Positions 29,738 through 39,660 of a DNA stretch of 64,000 bases are shown one piece after another (positions within the stretch are counted from its first letter, which is position 1; the number at the start of each line of letters is the position of its first letter). The stretch lies in the NCBI GenBank assembly GCA_041498815.1, contig JBGQJC010000007.1, positions 7,524-71,523 on the forward strand, written 5' to 3'. Position numbers and translations under genes: made by a program. The notes below the pieces were generated by a model. It saw only the letters and a list, made by a program, of their open reading frames with translations. It made no database searches and was not told where the DNA came from. Source of the stretch: Alphaproteobacteria bacterium. GTDB taxonomy: Bacteria; Pseudomonadota; Alphaproteobacteria; DATDPM01.

Positions 29738-31246
29738 GTGTCTGGGCCTGCGTCCAACGTTCTCGCTTTGCTCGCCAAGGAAGGCACCATCGCCAAGCCG
29801 GGCTACAACCGCTGGCTGGTTCCGCCGGCGGCGCTCGCCATCCATCTTTCGATCGGCATGGCCTACGGATTCTCGGTGTTCTGGCTGCCGCTCTCCAAGG
29901 CGATCGGAATTGCGAGCTCTATCGCCTGTCCGGACGACATGGGGTTCTTCGCCCGAGTGACCGCGACCACATGCGACTGGAAGGTCAGCATGTTGACCCC
30001 GATGTTCATGTTGTTCTTCGTGTTTCTGGGCGGATCGGCCGCGGTCTTCGGGCATTGGCTCGAGCGCGAAGGCCCGCGCAAAGCCGGCTTCGTCGCCGCC
30101 TTCTGCTGGGGCGGCGGTCTCTTAATTTCGGCTTTCGGCGTGTACGTGCACCAAGTGTGGCTGCTGTGGCTGGGATCGGGAGTGATCGGCGGCTGCGGTT
30201 TGGGCCTCGGCTATATCTCGCCGGTTTCCCTGCTCATCAAGTGGTTCCCGGATCGCCGCGGGATGGCGACGGGCATGGCGATCATGGGTTTCGGCGGCGG
30301 CGCCATGATCGGCGCGCCATTGGCCAACCTTTTGATGAAGTACTACGCCACTCCTACGTCCGTCGGTGTGTGGCAGACCTTCGTCACCATGGGCGCCATC
30401 TATTTCATCGCCATGATGTGCGGCGCCTTCGCTTACCGCTTGCCCGCATCCGGCTGGCAGCCGGAAGGGTGGACACCGCCCGTGGAAAGCAAGGCGATGA
30501 TCACGCGCCACCACGTTCATTTGAACGAGGCGCATAAGACGCCGCAGTTCTGGCTGCTGTGGGGCGTGCTGTGCCTCAACGTAAGCGCAGGCATCGGGAT
30601 AATCGGCATGGCCTCGCCGATGCTTCAGGACATCTTTGGCGGAAAACTGATCGGGGTCCCGGAGATATTCGAAAAGCTGACGCCGGACCAGTTAAAGCTC
30701 ACCGCCACCATCGGCGCCGGATTTGCGGCGCTGCTTAGCCTCTCCAACATTGCTGGACGAATTTTTTGGGCATCGCTATCCGATTTCCTTGGCCGCAAGC
30801 GCACCTATTTCATTTTCTTCTCGCTCGGCTTCATCCTCTACGTATCGGCACGCACCGCAGGCACGTTCGGAACAACTGCCGCCTTCGTTGGAATCTTCTG
30901 CATCATTTTGACAATGTATGGAGGCGGGTTCGCGACGATCCCGGCCTATTTGGCCGACATATTCGGAACCCAATTCGTCGGGGCCATCCATGGCCGTCTG
31001 CTTACGGCATGGTCAACCGCCGGGGTTCTTTCCCAGCTTGTTCCCCAGATCCGCGATCACGAAATATTCGACCTCCATACGGCGCACGCCGACGCGTATA
31101 ACCCGATCTTCTATCTTATGGCGGGACTGCTCGTGCTCGGTTTCATATGCAACTTGCTGGTGCGGCCGGTGGCCGAGAAACATTACATGTCCGACGAAGA
31201 GCTCGCCGCGGAGCGCAAGCTCGCTCACGAAGCGGGTCGCGCGTGA
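29738..31246 (+). CDS. MFS transporter, oxalate/formate antiporter (OFA) family
   Basis: GTG start. 12 transmembrane helices and OFA-type motifs (GMAYGFSVFWLP, SPVSLLIKWFPDRRGMATGMA). Confidence 0.85.
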   Translation: MSGPASNVLALLAKEGTIAKPGYNRWLVPPAALAIHLSIGMAYGFSVFWLPLSKAIGIASSIACPDDMGFFARVTATTCDWKVSMLTPMFMLFFVFLGGSAAVFGHWLEREGPRKAGFVAAFCWGGGLLISAFGVYVHQVWLLWLGSGVIGGCGLGLGYISPVSLLIKWFPDRRGMATGMAIMGFGGGAMIGAPLANLLMKYYATPTSVGVWQTFVTMGAIYFIAMMCGAFAYRLPASGWQPEGWTPPVESKAMITRHHVHLNEAHKTPQFWLLWGVLCLNVSAGIGIIGMASPMLQDIFGGKLIGVPEIFEKLTPDQLKLTATIGAGFAALLSLSNIAGRIFWASLSDFLGRKRTYFIFFSLGFILYVSARTAGTFGTTAAFVGIFCIILTMYGGGFATIPAYLADIFGTQFVGAIHGRLLTAWSTAGVLSQLVPQIRDHEIFDLHTAHADAYNPIFYLMAGLLVLGFICNLLVRPVAEKHYMSDEELAAERKLAHEAGRA

Positions 31247-31273
31247 AGCTGAACGCCGGGAGGAGAATCGAAC

Positions 31274-31408
31274 ATGGCCAAACCACCTCAAACTCGAACC
31301 GACGGCCAACGGCCCATGGTTATCGTCGCCTGGACCTTGGTGGGAATCCCGCTGGCTTGGGGCGTCTATAACACGCTGGCGACCGCGGCCAAGCTGTTCG
31401 GTCAATAA
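31274..31408 (+). CDS. 44-aa small membrane protein (MFS-transporter small subunit-like) immediately downstream of the OFA transporter
   Basis: A GGAGGA RBS lies 9 nt upstream of the ATG at 31274. MAKPPQTRTDGQRPMVIVAWTLVGIPLAWGVYNTLATAAKLFGQ has a single transmembrane helix. It falls below the ORF-track size cut-off. Confidence 0.5.
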   Translation: MAKPPQTRTDGQRPMVIVAWTLVGIPLAWGVYNTLATAAKLFGQ

Positions 31409-31421
31409 AAGCTCTTTGCAG

Positions 31422-31462
31422 TCGAAAAAACCGGCGCCGAATCTCTCCGGCGCCGGCTTTTT
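31422..31462. terminator. Bidirectional rho-independent terminator between the OFA/small-subunit unit (+) and fdsA (-)
   Basis: An A-run at 31424-31430, a palindromic stem CCGGCGCCG / CCGGCGCCGG and a T-run CTTTTT at 31457-31462. Confidence 0.55.
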
Positions 31463-31482
31463 GATTCGAAAATAGGGGGCCG

Positions 31483-34275
31483 CTATTCGGCGGCGGCCAC
31501 CCGGTGCCTCGCATGCTCGATCCGGGCCGCGCAGTATTTCAATTCCGGGATCTTGCCGAAGGGATCGAGCGCCGGATTGGTGAGCTCGTTCGCCGGCGCT
31601 TCGGCGTAGCAGAACGGGATGAAAACCTGTCCCGGCGATACGCCCTGGTCCACGCGCACCTTGAGCGTGATCGTCCCGCGCCGGCTCGAAACCGTCACCG
31701 GCCCGCCCGGCGTCAGCCCGTAACGCTTGATGTCTTCGGGACTGAGGTGCGCCACCGCCTCGGGCTCGGCCCAATCGAGAACCATCGAGCGCCGCGTCAT
31801 CGTGCCCGTATGCCAGTGCTCGAGAAGCCGCCCGGTGGTCAGAATCATCGGATAATGCTCGTCGGGAATTTCGTCGGGCGGCACCAAGCCCGTCGGCACG
31901 AACTTGCCGCGGCCATTGGCGGTCGGGAATCCGTCGCCGAAGATCACCTCTTCGCCCGGCTGGTCCACCGACTCGACCGGATACGTCACCGATTCCTCGC
32001 GCTCGAGGCGTTCCCAAGTGATGCCCTTGATGGACGGCATGCATTGCCGGAGCTCCGCGAACACGTCCCGGGGGTGGGTGTAGCTCCATTCGAGCCCCAG
32101 GCGCTTCGCGATCTCCTGGATGATCCACCAGTCCTGACGCGCATCCCTAGGCGGCTCGAGGGCTTGGCGCGCGATCTGCACCTGCCGGTTGGTGTTGGTG
32201 AAGGTGCCGGTCTTTTCGGGGAAGGCGGAGGCCGGCAGCACGACATCGGCCAGGAACGCGGTCTCGGTCAAAAACAAATCTTGCACGACCAGATGCTCGA
32301 GCTTGGCGAGCCCGGCCCGCGCATGCGCCGTGTCGGGATCGGACATCGCCGGGTTCTCGCCCATGACGTACATGCCCTTGATGTAGCCCGCAAACATCGC
32401 GTGCATGATCTCGACCACGGTCAAGCCCGGTTTGGGGTCGAGCGTCGTGCCCCAGAACGCCTCGAAGAATTCGCGCACCTTGCTGTCCGCGACCGACTGG
32501 TAATCCGGAAACACCATGGGGATGAGGCCGACGTCGGAGGCGCCCTGCACGTTGTTCTGGCCGCGCAGCGGATGAAGCCCCGTGCCCGGCCGCCCGATCT
32601 GGCCGGTAATGAGCGCGAGCGAAATGAGACAGCGCGAATTGTCGGTGCCGTGGACGTGCTGCGAAATGCCCATGCCCCAGAAGATGATCGCGGCCTTGGC
32701 CGTGGCGTAAGCGCGCGCCACCTCGCGGATAAGCTCCGGCGTCACCCCGCAGATGGGGGCCATTTCCTCGGCCGTGAATTCCTTGACCGATTCTTTCAGG
32801 CCCTCGAATCCGTCGGTGTATTTCGCGACGTAATCCTTGTTCACGAGACCCTCGGCGATGATCGTGTTGAGCATCGCGTTCAGGAGCGCGACGTCGGTGC
32901 CCGGGCGGAAGCGAACATTATAAGTCGCGTGCCGGCTCATGGCCTGGCCGCGCGGGTCGATCACGATGAGCTTGGCGCCGCGTTTGGCCGCGTTCTTGAG
33001 GAAGGTCGCGGCAACGGGATGATTCTGGGCCGGGCGCGCGCCGATGACGATGATGACGTCGGAATTTTCGGCCTCGCCGAAGGGCGCCGTCACCGAACCC
33101 GATCCAACCGTCTCCAGAAGCGCCGCGACCGACGAGGCGTGGCACAGCCGCGTGCAATGGTCCACGTTGTTGTTGCGGAAGCCGAGGCGAACCAGCTTCT
33201 GGAACAGATAGGCTTCCTCGTTCGAGCCCTTGGCGGAGCCGAATCCGGCCAAGGCATGGGGCCCGTGGGTATCGCGCACGCGCATCAATCCTTTGGCCGC
33301 GGCATCGAGCGCTTCTTCCCAGCTCGCCTCGCGGAAATGGGTGAACGGATTGGCGGGATTGATGGACTCGCCGGGATTCTTCGGCACGCCTTGCTTGCGG
33401 ATGAGGGGCACGGTCAAGCGGTCCTTGTGATGGATGTAATCGAAACCGAACCGGCCCTTGACGCAAAGCCGGTTATGATTCGAGGGACCGTCGCGCCCGT
33501 TCACCGCCACGATCTTCTCGTCCTTGACGCGGAAGGTGAGTTGGCACCCCACGCCGCAATAGGGGCAGAGGCTATGGACCTCGCGATCGGGCACGATCGA
33601 GCCGACGCCTTTTTCGTCGACCAAGGTCGCGGGCATCAAGGCGCCGGTGGGGCAGATCTGGACGCATTCGCCGCAGGCGACGCAGGTGGAATCCCCCATG
33701 GGATCGTCGAAATCGAACACGATTTTCGAAAGGTGCCCGCGATGGGCCATGCCGATCACGTCATTCACCTGCACTTCGCGGCAGGCGCGAACGCACAGCG
33801 TGCAGTGGATGCAGGCATCGAGCTGCACCGCCATGGCGCTGTGGCTCATGTCGGCTTTCGGCATCGCGCGCCTGGGAAACCGGCTCTCCCGCACGCCGAC
33901 GTAATCCGCCATGTTCCAGAAATGGGAGTTTGGGTCGTGCGCCACCTCGCGCGCGGGCTGGTCGGCGACGAGCAACTCCATCACCATGGCGCGGGCCTTC
34001 GCCGCGCGCTCGTCGTAGGTGGCGACCTTCATGCCGGGGCCGGGTTTGCGGATGCAGGAGGCGGCCAGAACGCGCTCGCCCTCGATGTGGACCATGCAGG
34101 CGCGGCAATTGCCGTCGCCGCGATAGCCGGGTTTGTCGGCGTAACAGAGATGGGGAAGCAGAATGCCGAGCCTTTTGGCGACCTGCCAAATGGTCTCGCC
34201 CGATTGCGCTTCCACCTCCATGCCGTCAAGGGTGAAACGGACCGCGGCCGAGAGGCCCGATGCGTCGGGACTCAT
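31483..34275 (-). CDS. fdsA: NAD-dependent formate dehydrogenase alpha subunit (molybdopterin, NuoG-like)
   Basis: N-terminal 2Fe-2S (CYADKPGYRGDGNCRACMV), 4Fe-4S clusters (CIHCTLCVRAC, CVACGECVQICP) and molybdopterin oxidoreductase domains. The start at the ATG at 34273-34275 has a GGGAGGA RBS; the track ORF over-extends into fdsB. Confidence 0.9.
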   Translation of the reverse strand: MSPDASGLSAAVRFTLDGMEVEAQSGETIWQVAKRLGILLPHLCYADKPGYRGDGNCRACMVHIEGERVLAASCIRKPGPGMKVATYDERAAKARAMVMELLVADQPAREVAHDPNSHFWNMADYVGVRESRFPRRAMPKADMSHSAMAVQLDACIHCTLCVRACREVQVNDVIGMAHRGHLSKIVFDFDDPMGDSTCVACGECVQICPTGALMPATLVDEKGVGSIVPDREVHSLCPYCGVGCQLTFRVKDEKIVAVNGRDGPSNHNRLCVKGRFGFDYIHHKDRLTVPLIRKQGVPKNPGESINPANPFTHFREASWEEALDAAAKGLMRVRDTHGPHALAGFGSAKGSNEEAYLFQKLVRLGFRNNNVDHCTRLCHASSVAALLETVGSGSVTAPFGEAENSDVIIVIGARPAQNHPVAATFLKNAAKRGAKLIVIDPRGQAMSRHATYNVRFRPGTDVALLNAMLNTIIAEGLVNKDYVAKYTDGFEGLKESVKEFTAEEMAPICGVTPELIREVARAYATAKAAIIFWGMGISQHVHGTDNSRCLISLALITGQIGRPGTGLHPLRGQNNVQGASDVGLIPMVFPDYQSVADSKVREFFEAFWGTTLDPKPGLTVVEIMHAMFAGYIKGMYVMGENPAMSDPDTAHARAGLAKLEHLVVQDLFLTETAFLADVVLPASAFPEKTGTFTNTNRQVQIARQALEPPRDARQDWWIIQEIAKRLGLEWSYTHPRDVFAELRQCMPSIKGITWERLEREESVTYPVESVDQPGEEVIFGDGFPTANGRGKFVPTGLVPPDEIPDEHYPMILTTGRLLEHWHTGTMTRRSMVLDWAEPEAVAHLSPEDIKRYGLTPGGPVTVSSRRGTITLKVRVDQGVSPGQVFIPFCYAEAPANELTNPALDPFGKIPELKYCAARIEHARHRVAAAE

Positions 34276-35975
34276 GCCAAATCCTCCCGGAAATACTTCA
34301 GCAAGCACAATATGGGATTGGGCGCCGCCTGGCCCAAGCCGCAAATCGACGCATCCGCCATCGCCCGGCAGAGCTCGATCAGAAGGGGCTCGTCCCAGGT
34401 CTTCCGCTCCATCAACTTGACGGCTTTTTCGGTCCCGACCCGGCAGGGCGTGCACTGGCCGCAGGACTCATCCTCGAAGAAGCGCAGGAGATTGAGCGCG
34501 ACGTCGCGCATGTTGTCCTTGCCGGAAAGCACCATGATCGCGGCCGACCCGATGAAACAGCCGTATTGTTCCAGCGTTCCGAAATCGAGCGGGATGTCGG
34601 CCATGGTTGCCGGCAGAATTCCGCCCGAGGCGCCGCCGGGCAAGTATCCCTTGAACTTGTGGCCGTCCAGCATCCCGCCGCAGAACTCGTTCAAGAGCTC
34701 GTTCATGGTGATGCCGGCGGGCGCCAATTTCAGGCCCGGGTCCTTGACGCGCCCCGATACCGAGAAACTCCGCAGGCCCTTGCGGCCGTGGCGGCCTTGC
34801 CCCGCGAACCAGTCGGGCCCGCGCTCGACGATGTCGCGGATCCAGAACAAGGTCTCGACGTTCTGATTGAGGGTCGGGCGGCCGAACAAGCCGACGGTCG
34901 AGACGAAGGGCGGCTTGTGCCGCGGCAATCCGCGCTTGCCTTCGATGCTCTCCAGCATCGCCGATTCTTCGCCGCAGATATAAGCGCCCGCGCCGCGCCG
35001 CAAATGAAGCTTCGTCAGCTTCGTCAATCCGGCCCGTTCCAGCTCCGCGATTTCGGTGGAAAGAATTTCGAGGGCGCCGGGATATTCGTCGCGCAGGTAA
35101 ATGTAACAATCCGCCGCTTCCACCGCCCAGGCGGCGATCAGCGTGCCCTCGAGAAAGCGGTGGGGATCGGACTCCATATAGATTCCGTCCTTGAAGGTGC
35201 CGGGTTCGCCTTCGTCCGCGTTCACGGTCATGAGACGGGGCTTCGGCTCCTTGAGCACGAACTTCCATTTGTTGCCGGCCGGGAATCCGGCGCCGCCAAG
35301 GCCCCGCAGGCCCGATTTCTCGAGCGCCGCGATGATGCCGTCGCGGCTGCGCTTGCCCCCCATGCAATCGCGCAACAGCGTGTAGCCGCCGCCGCTCACA
35401 TAGGCTTCGTAATTCGTGTAGGGCGGAATCACGGGATCGGTGGTTCCGTCCCGGATCGCCGCGAGAACGCCGGTCTTGTCCGCACGATCGAGGTGGAAAT
35501 GCCCGATCTCGGCGACCGGGGCCTTGTGGCAGCGTCCCATGCAGGGGGCCCGCACCACGCGCACGCCGCTCCCGGCCGCGGATTTGAGTTCGGCCAGAAG
35601 TTTTTCGCCCCCCGCAAGCGCGCAGCTCAAGCTGTCGCAGACGCGCACCGTGAGGGGAGGCGGCGGCGTCTCGCCCTCGAACACGATGTCGAAATGGGCA
35701 TAGAACGAGGCGACCTCGTAGACCTCGGTTTGGGAGAGCCGCATCTCCTCGGCAAGGGCGGCGAGATGCGCCGCCGACAAGTGGCGGTAGGTATCCTGGA
35801 TGAGGTGCAGATATTCGACCAGCAAATCGCGCCGCCGCGGCGCCTCGCCCAGGAGCACGCGAATTTCGGCCAAAGCCGTGGGATCGGTTTGGCGGCCCTT
35901 CAGATGCGGCACCGCCTGGCGGCGGCCCGATCCGGGACTCAGCCTCATCTTGGTTGTAACGTTAGGTTCGGACAT
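34272..35975 (-). CDS. fdsB: NAD-dependent formate dehydrogenase beta subunit (NuoF-like, with a fused N-terminal NuoE-like 2Fe-2S domain)
   Basis: NuoE-like CDSLSCALAG, NuoF-like GLRGLGGAGFPAGNKW (FMN/NADH binding) and 4Fe-4S ESCGQCTPCR. Its stop overlaps the fdsA start in ATGA. Confidence 0.9.
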   Translation of the reverse strand: MSEPNVTTKMRLSPGSGRRQAVPHLKGRQTDPTALAEIRVLLGEAPRRRDLLVEYLHLIQDTYRHLSAAHLAALAEEMRLSQTEVYEVASFYAHFDIVFEGETPPPPLTVRVCDSLSCALAGGEKLLAELKSAAGSGVRVVRAPCMGRCHKAPVAEIGHFHLDRADKTGVLAAIRDGTTDPVIPPYTNYEAYVSGGGYTLLRDCMGGKRSRDGIIAALEKSGLRGLGGAGFPAGNKWKFVLKEPKPRLMTVNADEGEPGTFKDGIYMESDPHRFLEGTLIAAWAVEAADCYIYLRDEYPGALEILSTEIAELERAGLTKLTKLHLRRGAGAYICGEESAMLESIEGKRGLPRHKPPFVSTVGLFGRPTLNQNVETLFWIRDIVERGPDWFAGQGRHGRKGLRSFSVSGRVKDPGLKLAPAGITMNELLNEFCGGMLDGHKFKGYLPGGASGGILPATMADIPLDFGTLEQYGCFIGSAAIMVLSGKDNMRDVALNLLRFFEDESCGQCTPCRVGTEKAVKLMERKTWDEPLLIELCRAMADASICGLGQAAPNPILCLLKYFREDLA

Positions 35976-36203
35976 CGCGCTGGATTATCGCTCGTCTTGT
36001 TCGCTGCACCGAAATCGCGCCCGGCGGCACGGGCAAGGGGGTCCGCTAAGGCGCGCCATTTTCTTCATCCAATGGAACCGGGTCAATACGCCGTCCCGGA
36101 CGAGTTAAGAATCTGGTAGAGATCATTACCCCTATATAAACCGCGCCCGCGGGCATGGAAGCGGCGGCGGGGCGATTATTTGGGGCGGAGCGGGGGAATT
36201 CCC

Positions 36204-36857
36204 ATGTCGGATATCGACCACCGGATCATCGAGCTTTTGTGCTCGCATCTATGCCACGAGCTCATCAGCCCCGTCACCGCCGTGAACAACGGCCTCGAGC
36301 TGATCGGCGAGGGCGACGCGGCGATGGCAAGCGAGGCGACCGAGCTCACGCGCCAATCGGCCGCCGAGGCGTCGCGCCGGCTCCAGTTCTACCGCATCGC
36401 CTACGGCCAGGCATCGGGCTTCGATTCCGGCCACGGGCTGGCCGAAGCCCGCGGCTTGAGCCAAGGCCTGCTTCAAGGAAGCAAGATTTCATTCGCCTGG
36501 CAGGAACAGAATCTCGGCCGCGCCCCGGTAGACAAGCAGGGCACGAAGCTGCTTCTTAATCTTGTGGCGCTCGCCCGCGAAGCGTTGCCCAGAGGCGGCG
36601 CCCTTAGCGTCACGCTGACCGGCCCGCCACCGAATTTCGCGGTCGAGGTCACGGCCGAGGGCGCGGGCGCGAGGCTGACACCCGAAATTCGTGCGGCGAT
36701 CGACGCCGACGCCGCGGTCGAATCGTTAACGCCGCGCACCGTGCAGGCCTATCTGGTGGCCTGGCTGGCGCGGCGTCTCGAGGCGGGGCTCGGCATCGAT
36801 TCCGGACAGGCCGACCGGATCGTCTTCACGCTGCGCTTGACTACCCCTGTCGGATAG
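36204..36857 (+). CDS. chpT: ChpT-like histidine phosphotransferase (CckA-to-CtrA phosphorelay shuttle family)
   Basis: ELLCSHLCHELISPVTAVNNGLELI aligns with the ChpT His-box region, and the C-terminus VQAYLVAWLARRLEAGLGID resembles the ChpT pseudo-ATPase domain. It is about 218 aa like ChpT. The start was trimmed to the ATG at 36204. Confidence 0.65.
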   Translation: MSDIDHRIIELLCSHLCHELISPVTAVNNGLELIGEGDAAMASEATELTRQSAAEASRRLQFYRIAYGQASGFDSGHGLAEARGLSQGLLQGSKISFAWQEQNLGRAPVDKQGTKLLLNLVALAREALPRGGALSVTLTGPPPNFAVEVTAEGAGARLTPEIRAAIDADAAVESLTPRTVQAYLVAWLARRLEAGLGIDSGQADRIVFTLRLTTPVG

Positions 36858-37008
36858 GCCCGGGGCCCGCCGAACCCCAGAGAGCCCGCGGCTTCACGGC
36901 TTATTAAACATTTTTTGCGATTTTGACTAAAGCATCGGAAGGCACCCCTTTGCGCGGAAAACCCGATTTTGCCGCGGTATTTGCGAACCCAGGATTGGAC
37001 CCCCCCGC

Positions 37009-39660
37009 ATGGACGACTTGCTGAGCGAATTTCTGACGGAGACAACGGAAAATATTTCCGTCCTCGATGTCGAGTTGGTCAGGCTCGAGCAGAATCCGAA
37101 CGACCCCGAGCTTTTAGGAAACATCTTCCGCCTCGTCCACACCATCAAGGGCACCTGCGGCTTTTTGGGGCTGCCGAGACTCGAATCGGTGGCGCATGCC
37201 GGCGAGAACATTCTCGGCAAAATCCGCGACGGCGTCCTCATTGTGACGCCTGAGGCGGTGACGCTGGTGCTGGCGGCGCTGGATCGCATCAAGATGCTTC
37301 TGGCGACCTTGGAGGCGACCGAGGCCGAGCCCGCAGGCGACGACAAGGAATTGATCGCCAAATTGAACGTGCTCGCCGACTCCGCGAGCGAAGCCGCCGC
37401 AAAGCCCGCCGCAAGACCGGCGGAGCCGGCAGCAAGCCCGGTTTCGGCGCCGGAGGAACGGGAGCCCGAGGAAGTAAAGGAAGAGGCCGCCGCTCCCGCC
37501 GAAGCCGAAAATGAGTCCGAACCCGCTACGCCTGCTCCCGCTAAACCGCCGAACGGGGCCTCATCCGGCGACGCGGCCAAGGCCGATCATGGGGCAAAGG
37601 AATCGGCGGTCGCCGGCCACAGCATCCGCGTCAACGTGGATTTGCTGGAAAATCTCATGACCATGGTGAGCGAGCTCGTGCTCACCCGCAATCAGCTCCT
37701 CCAAATCCTGCGCAATCAGAAGGACAGTGATTTCGGCAGCCCGCTGCAGCGCCTCAATCACATCACCTCGGAGCTGCAGGAAGGCGTCATGAAGACGCGC
37801 ATGCAGCCGATCGGCAACGCCTGGGCGAAGCTGCCGCGCCTGGTGCGTGACCTCGCGCTCGAGCTCGACAAGAAAATCGATCTCGAGATGATCGGCGCCG
37901 ATACCGAGCTCGACCGCCAGGTGCTGGAGCTCATCAAGGACCCGCTCACCCACATGGTGCGCAACTCCGCCGACCACGGCATCGAAATCCCAAAAATCCG
38001 CAAGGCCGCGGGCAAGACGGAAGCGGGCAAGATCACGCTCAATGCCTACCACGAAGGCGGCCACATCATCATCGAGATCAAGGACGACGGCGCCGGCCTG
38101 CCGATCGAAAAGATCAAAGCCAAGGTGCTGGCAAACGGCCTGGCGACACAGGCCGAGCTCAACACCATGTTGGATCTGCAGATCCAGCAGTTCATCTTCA
38201 AGGCCGGGTTTTCCACCGCCGCCAAGGTAACGAGCGTTTCGGGCCGCGGCGTCGGCATGGACGTGGTTCGCACCAACATCGAAAAGATCGGCGGCACCGT
38301 CGAGATGAAGTCGGTGGAGGGCAAGGGCACCGCGTTTATCATCAAAATCCCTTTGACGCTTGCGATCGTGTCGGCGCTCATCGTGGAGTGCGGCGGCGAG
38401 CGATTCGCCATCCCGCAGATCAGCGTGCTGGAGCTGGTGCGGGCTTCGGCCAATTCCCAGAACGACGTCGAAACCATCAACGATACGCCGGTCTTGAGGC
38501 TCCGCAACCGGCTGCTGCCGCTCGTTTCCCTCCATGACCTGCTCAAGCTCGGGCCGGCGCGGCGCGCGGATAAAGGCCAGGATCACTTCATCGTCGTGAC
38601 CCAAGTCGGCACCTTCACTTTCGGCATCATCGTGAACCGCGTCTTCGACACCGAAGAAATCGTGGTCAAACCGGTATCGCGGATTCTCCGCGACATCTCG
38701 ATCTTCTCCGGCAACACGATTTTGGGCGACGGCAGCGTGATCATGATCCTGGATCCGAACGGCATTGCGGCCGCGAGCGGCGGGGCCAGCTTGGGCGACC
38801 ACGCCGCCGAGGCGCAGGCGGCCGCGAGCACGGCTGCCGGCGGCGAGCGCGTCGCCATGCTCTTGTTCCGCGCCGGGGACCCGGCGCCGAAGGCGGTGCC
38901 GCTTGCCCTCATCGCCCGGCTCGAAGAGATCAAGCTCGATTCGATCGAGTATTCCCAAGGGCGGCCGATGGTCCAATACCGCGGCCATCTCATGCCGCTC
39001 GTCACCGTCGCCGACGACTACAAATTCAAGGAAAGCGGGCGCCAGCCGATTCTCGTCTTCGCCGACCGCGACCGGACCATGGGCCTGGTGGTGGACGAGA
39101 TCGTGGATATCGTCGAAGAAACGCTCTCGGTGGAGTTGAGTTCCGATCGTCCCGGCATGCTGGGGAGCAGCATCGTCGCCGGAAAGGCGACCGATATCAT
39201 CGACGCCGGCCATTACCTGACCCGCGCCTTCGGCGACTGGTTCCAGGCCAAGAGCCACGCGCCGCTGGGCCGCGAAGGCGGCAGGCGCGTGCTGCTGGTG
39301 GATGACAGCCCGTTCTTCCGTAATTTGCTGACCCCGCTCCTGGCGGTCGCAGGCTACGAAGTGACGACCGCCGAAAACGGGGACGAAGCCTTGAAGTTGT
39401 GCGAGCAGGGGCGGGACTTCGACATCATCATCAGCGACATCGAGATGCCGGGCATGAACGGCTTCGAATTCGCGGAAACGGTCAGGAAGAACGCCCGCTG
39501 GCAAAACACGCCGCTGGTCGCCCTGTCGTCGCATACGTCCCAGGAGGATCTCGACCGCGGTCGCGCGGTCGGCTTCACGGACTACGTTCCGAAGTTCGAC
39601 CGCGATGCGCTGCTCGCCACGTTGTCCGAAACCCTTGCCAACGTCGCAGGTGCAGCATGA
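37009..39660 (+). CDS. cheA: Chemotaxis histidine kinase CheA with C-terminal receiver domain (CheA-REC hybrid)
   Basis: HPt (FRLVHTIKGTCGFLGL), Ala/Pro/Glu-rich linker, dimerisation and HATPase domains (GRGVGMDVV), a CheW-like domain, then REC (RVLLVDDSPFFRN ... ISDIEMPGMNG). Confidence 0.9.
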   Translation: MDDLLSEFLTETTENISVLDVELVRLEQNPNDPELLGNIFRLVHTIKGTCGFLGLPRLESVAHAGENILGKIRDGVLIVTPEAVTLVLAALDRIKMLLATLEATEAEPAGDDKELIAKLNVLADSASEAAAKPAARPAEPAASPVSAPEEREPEEVKEEAAAPAEAENESEPATPAPAKPPNGASSGDAAKADHGAKESAVAGHSIRVNVDLLENLMTMVSELVLTRNQLLQILRNQKDSDFGSPLQRLNHITSELQEGVMKTRMQPIGNAWAKLPRLVRDLALELDKKIDLEMIGADTELDRQVLELIKDPLTHMVRNSADHGIEIPKIRKAAGKTEAGKITLNAYHEGGHIIIEIKDDGAGLPIEKIKAKVLANGLATQAELNTMLDLQIQQFIFKAGFSTAAKVTSVSGRGVGMDVVRTNIEKIGGTVEMKSVEGKGTAFIIKIPLTLAIVSALIVECGGERFAIPQISVLELVRASANSQNDVETINDTPVLRLRNRLLPLVSLHDLLKLGPARRADKGQDHFIVVTQVGTFTFGIIVNRVFDTEEIVVKPVSRILRDISIFSGNTILGDGSVIMILDPNGIAAASGGASLGDHAAEAQAAASTAAGGERVAMLLFRAGDPAPKAVPLALIARLEEIKLDSIEYSQGRPMVQYRGHLMPLVTVADDYKFKESGRQPILVFADRDRTMGLVVDEIVDIVEETLSVELSSDRPGMLGSSIVAGKATDIIDAGHYLTRAFGDWFQAKSHAPLGREGGRRVLLVDDSPFFRNLLTPLLAVAGYEVTTAENGDEALKLCEQGRDFDIIISDIEMPGMNGFEFAETVRKNARWQNTPLVALSSHTSQEDLDRGRAVGFTDYVPKFDRDALLATLSETLANVAGAA

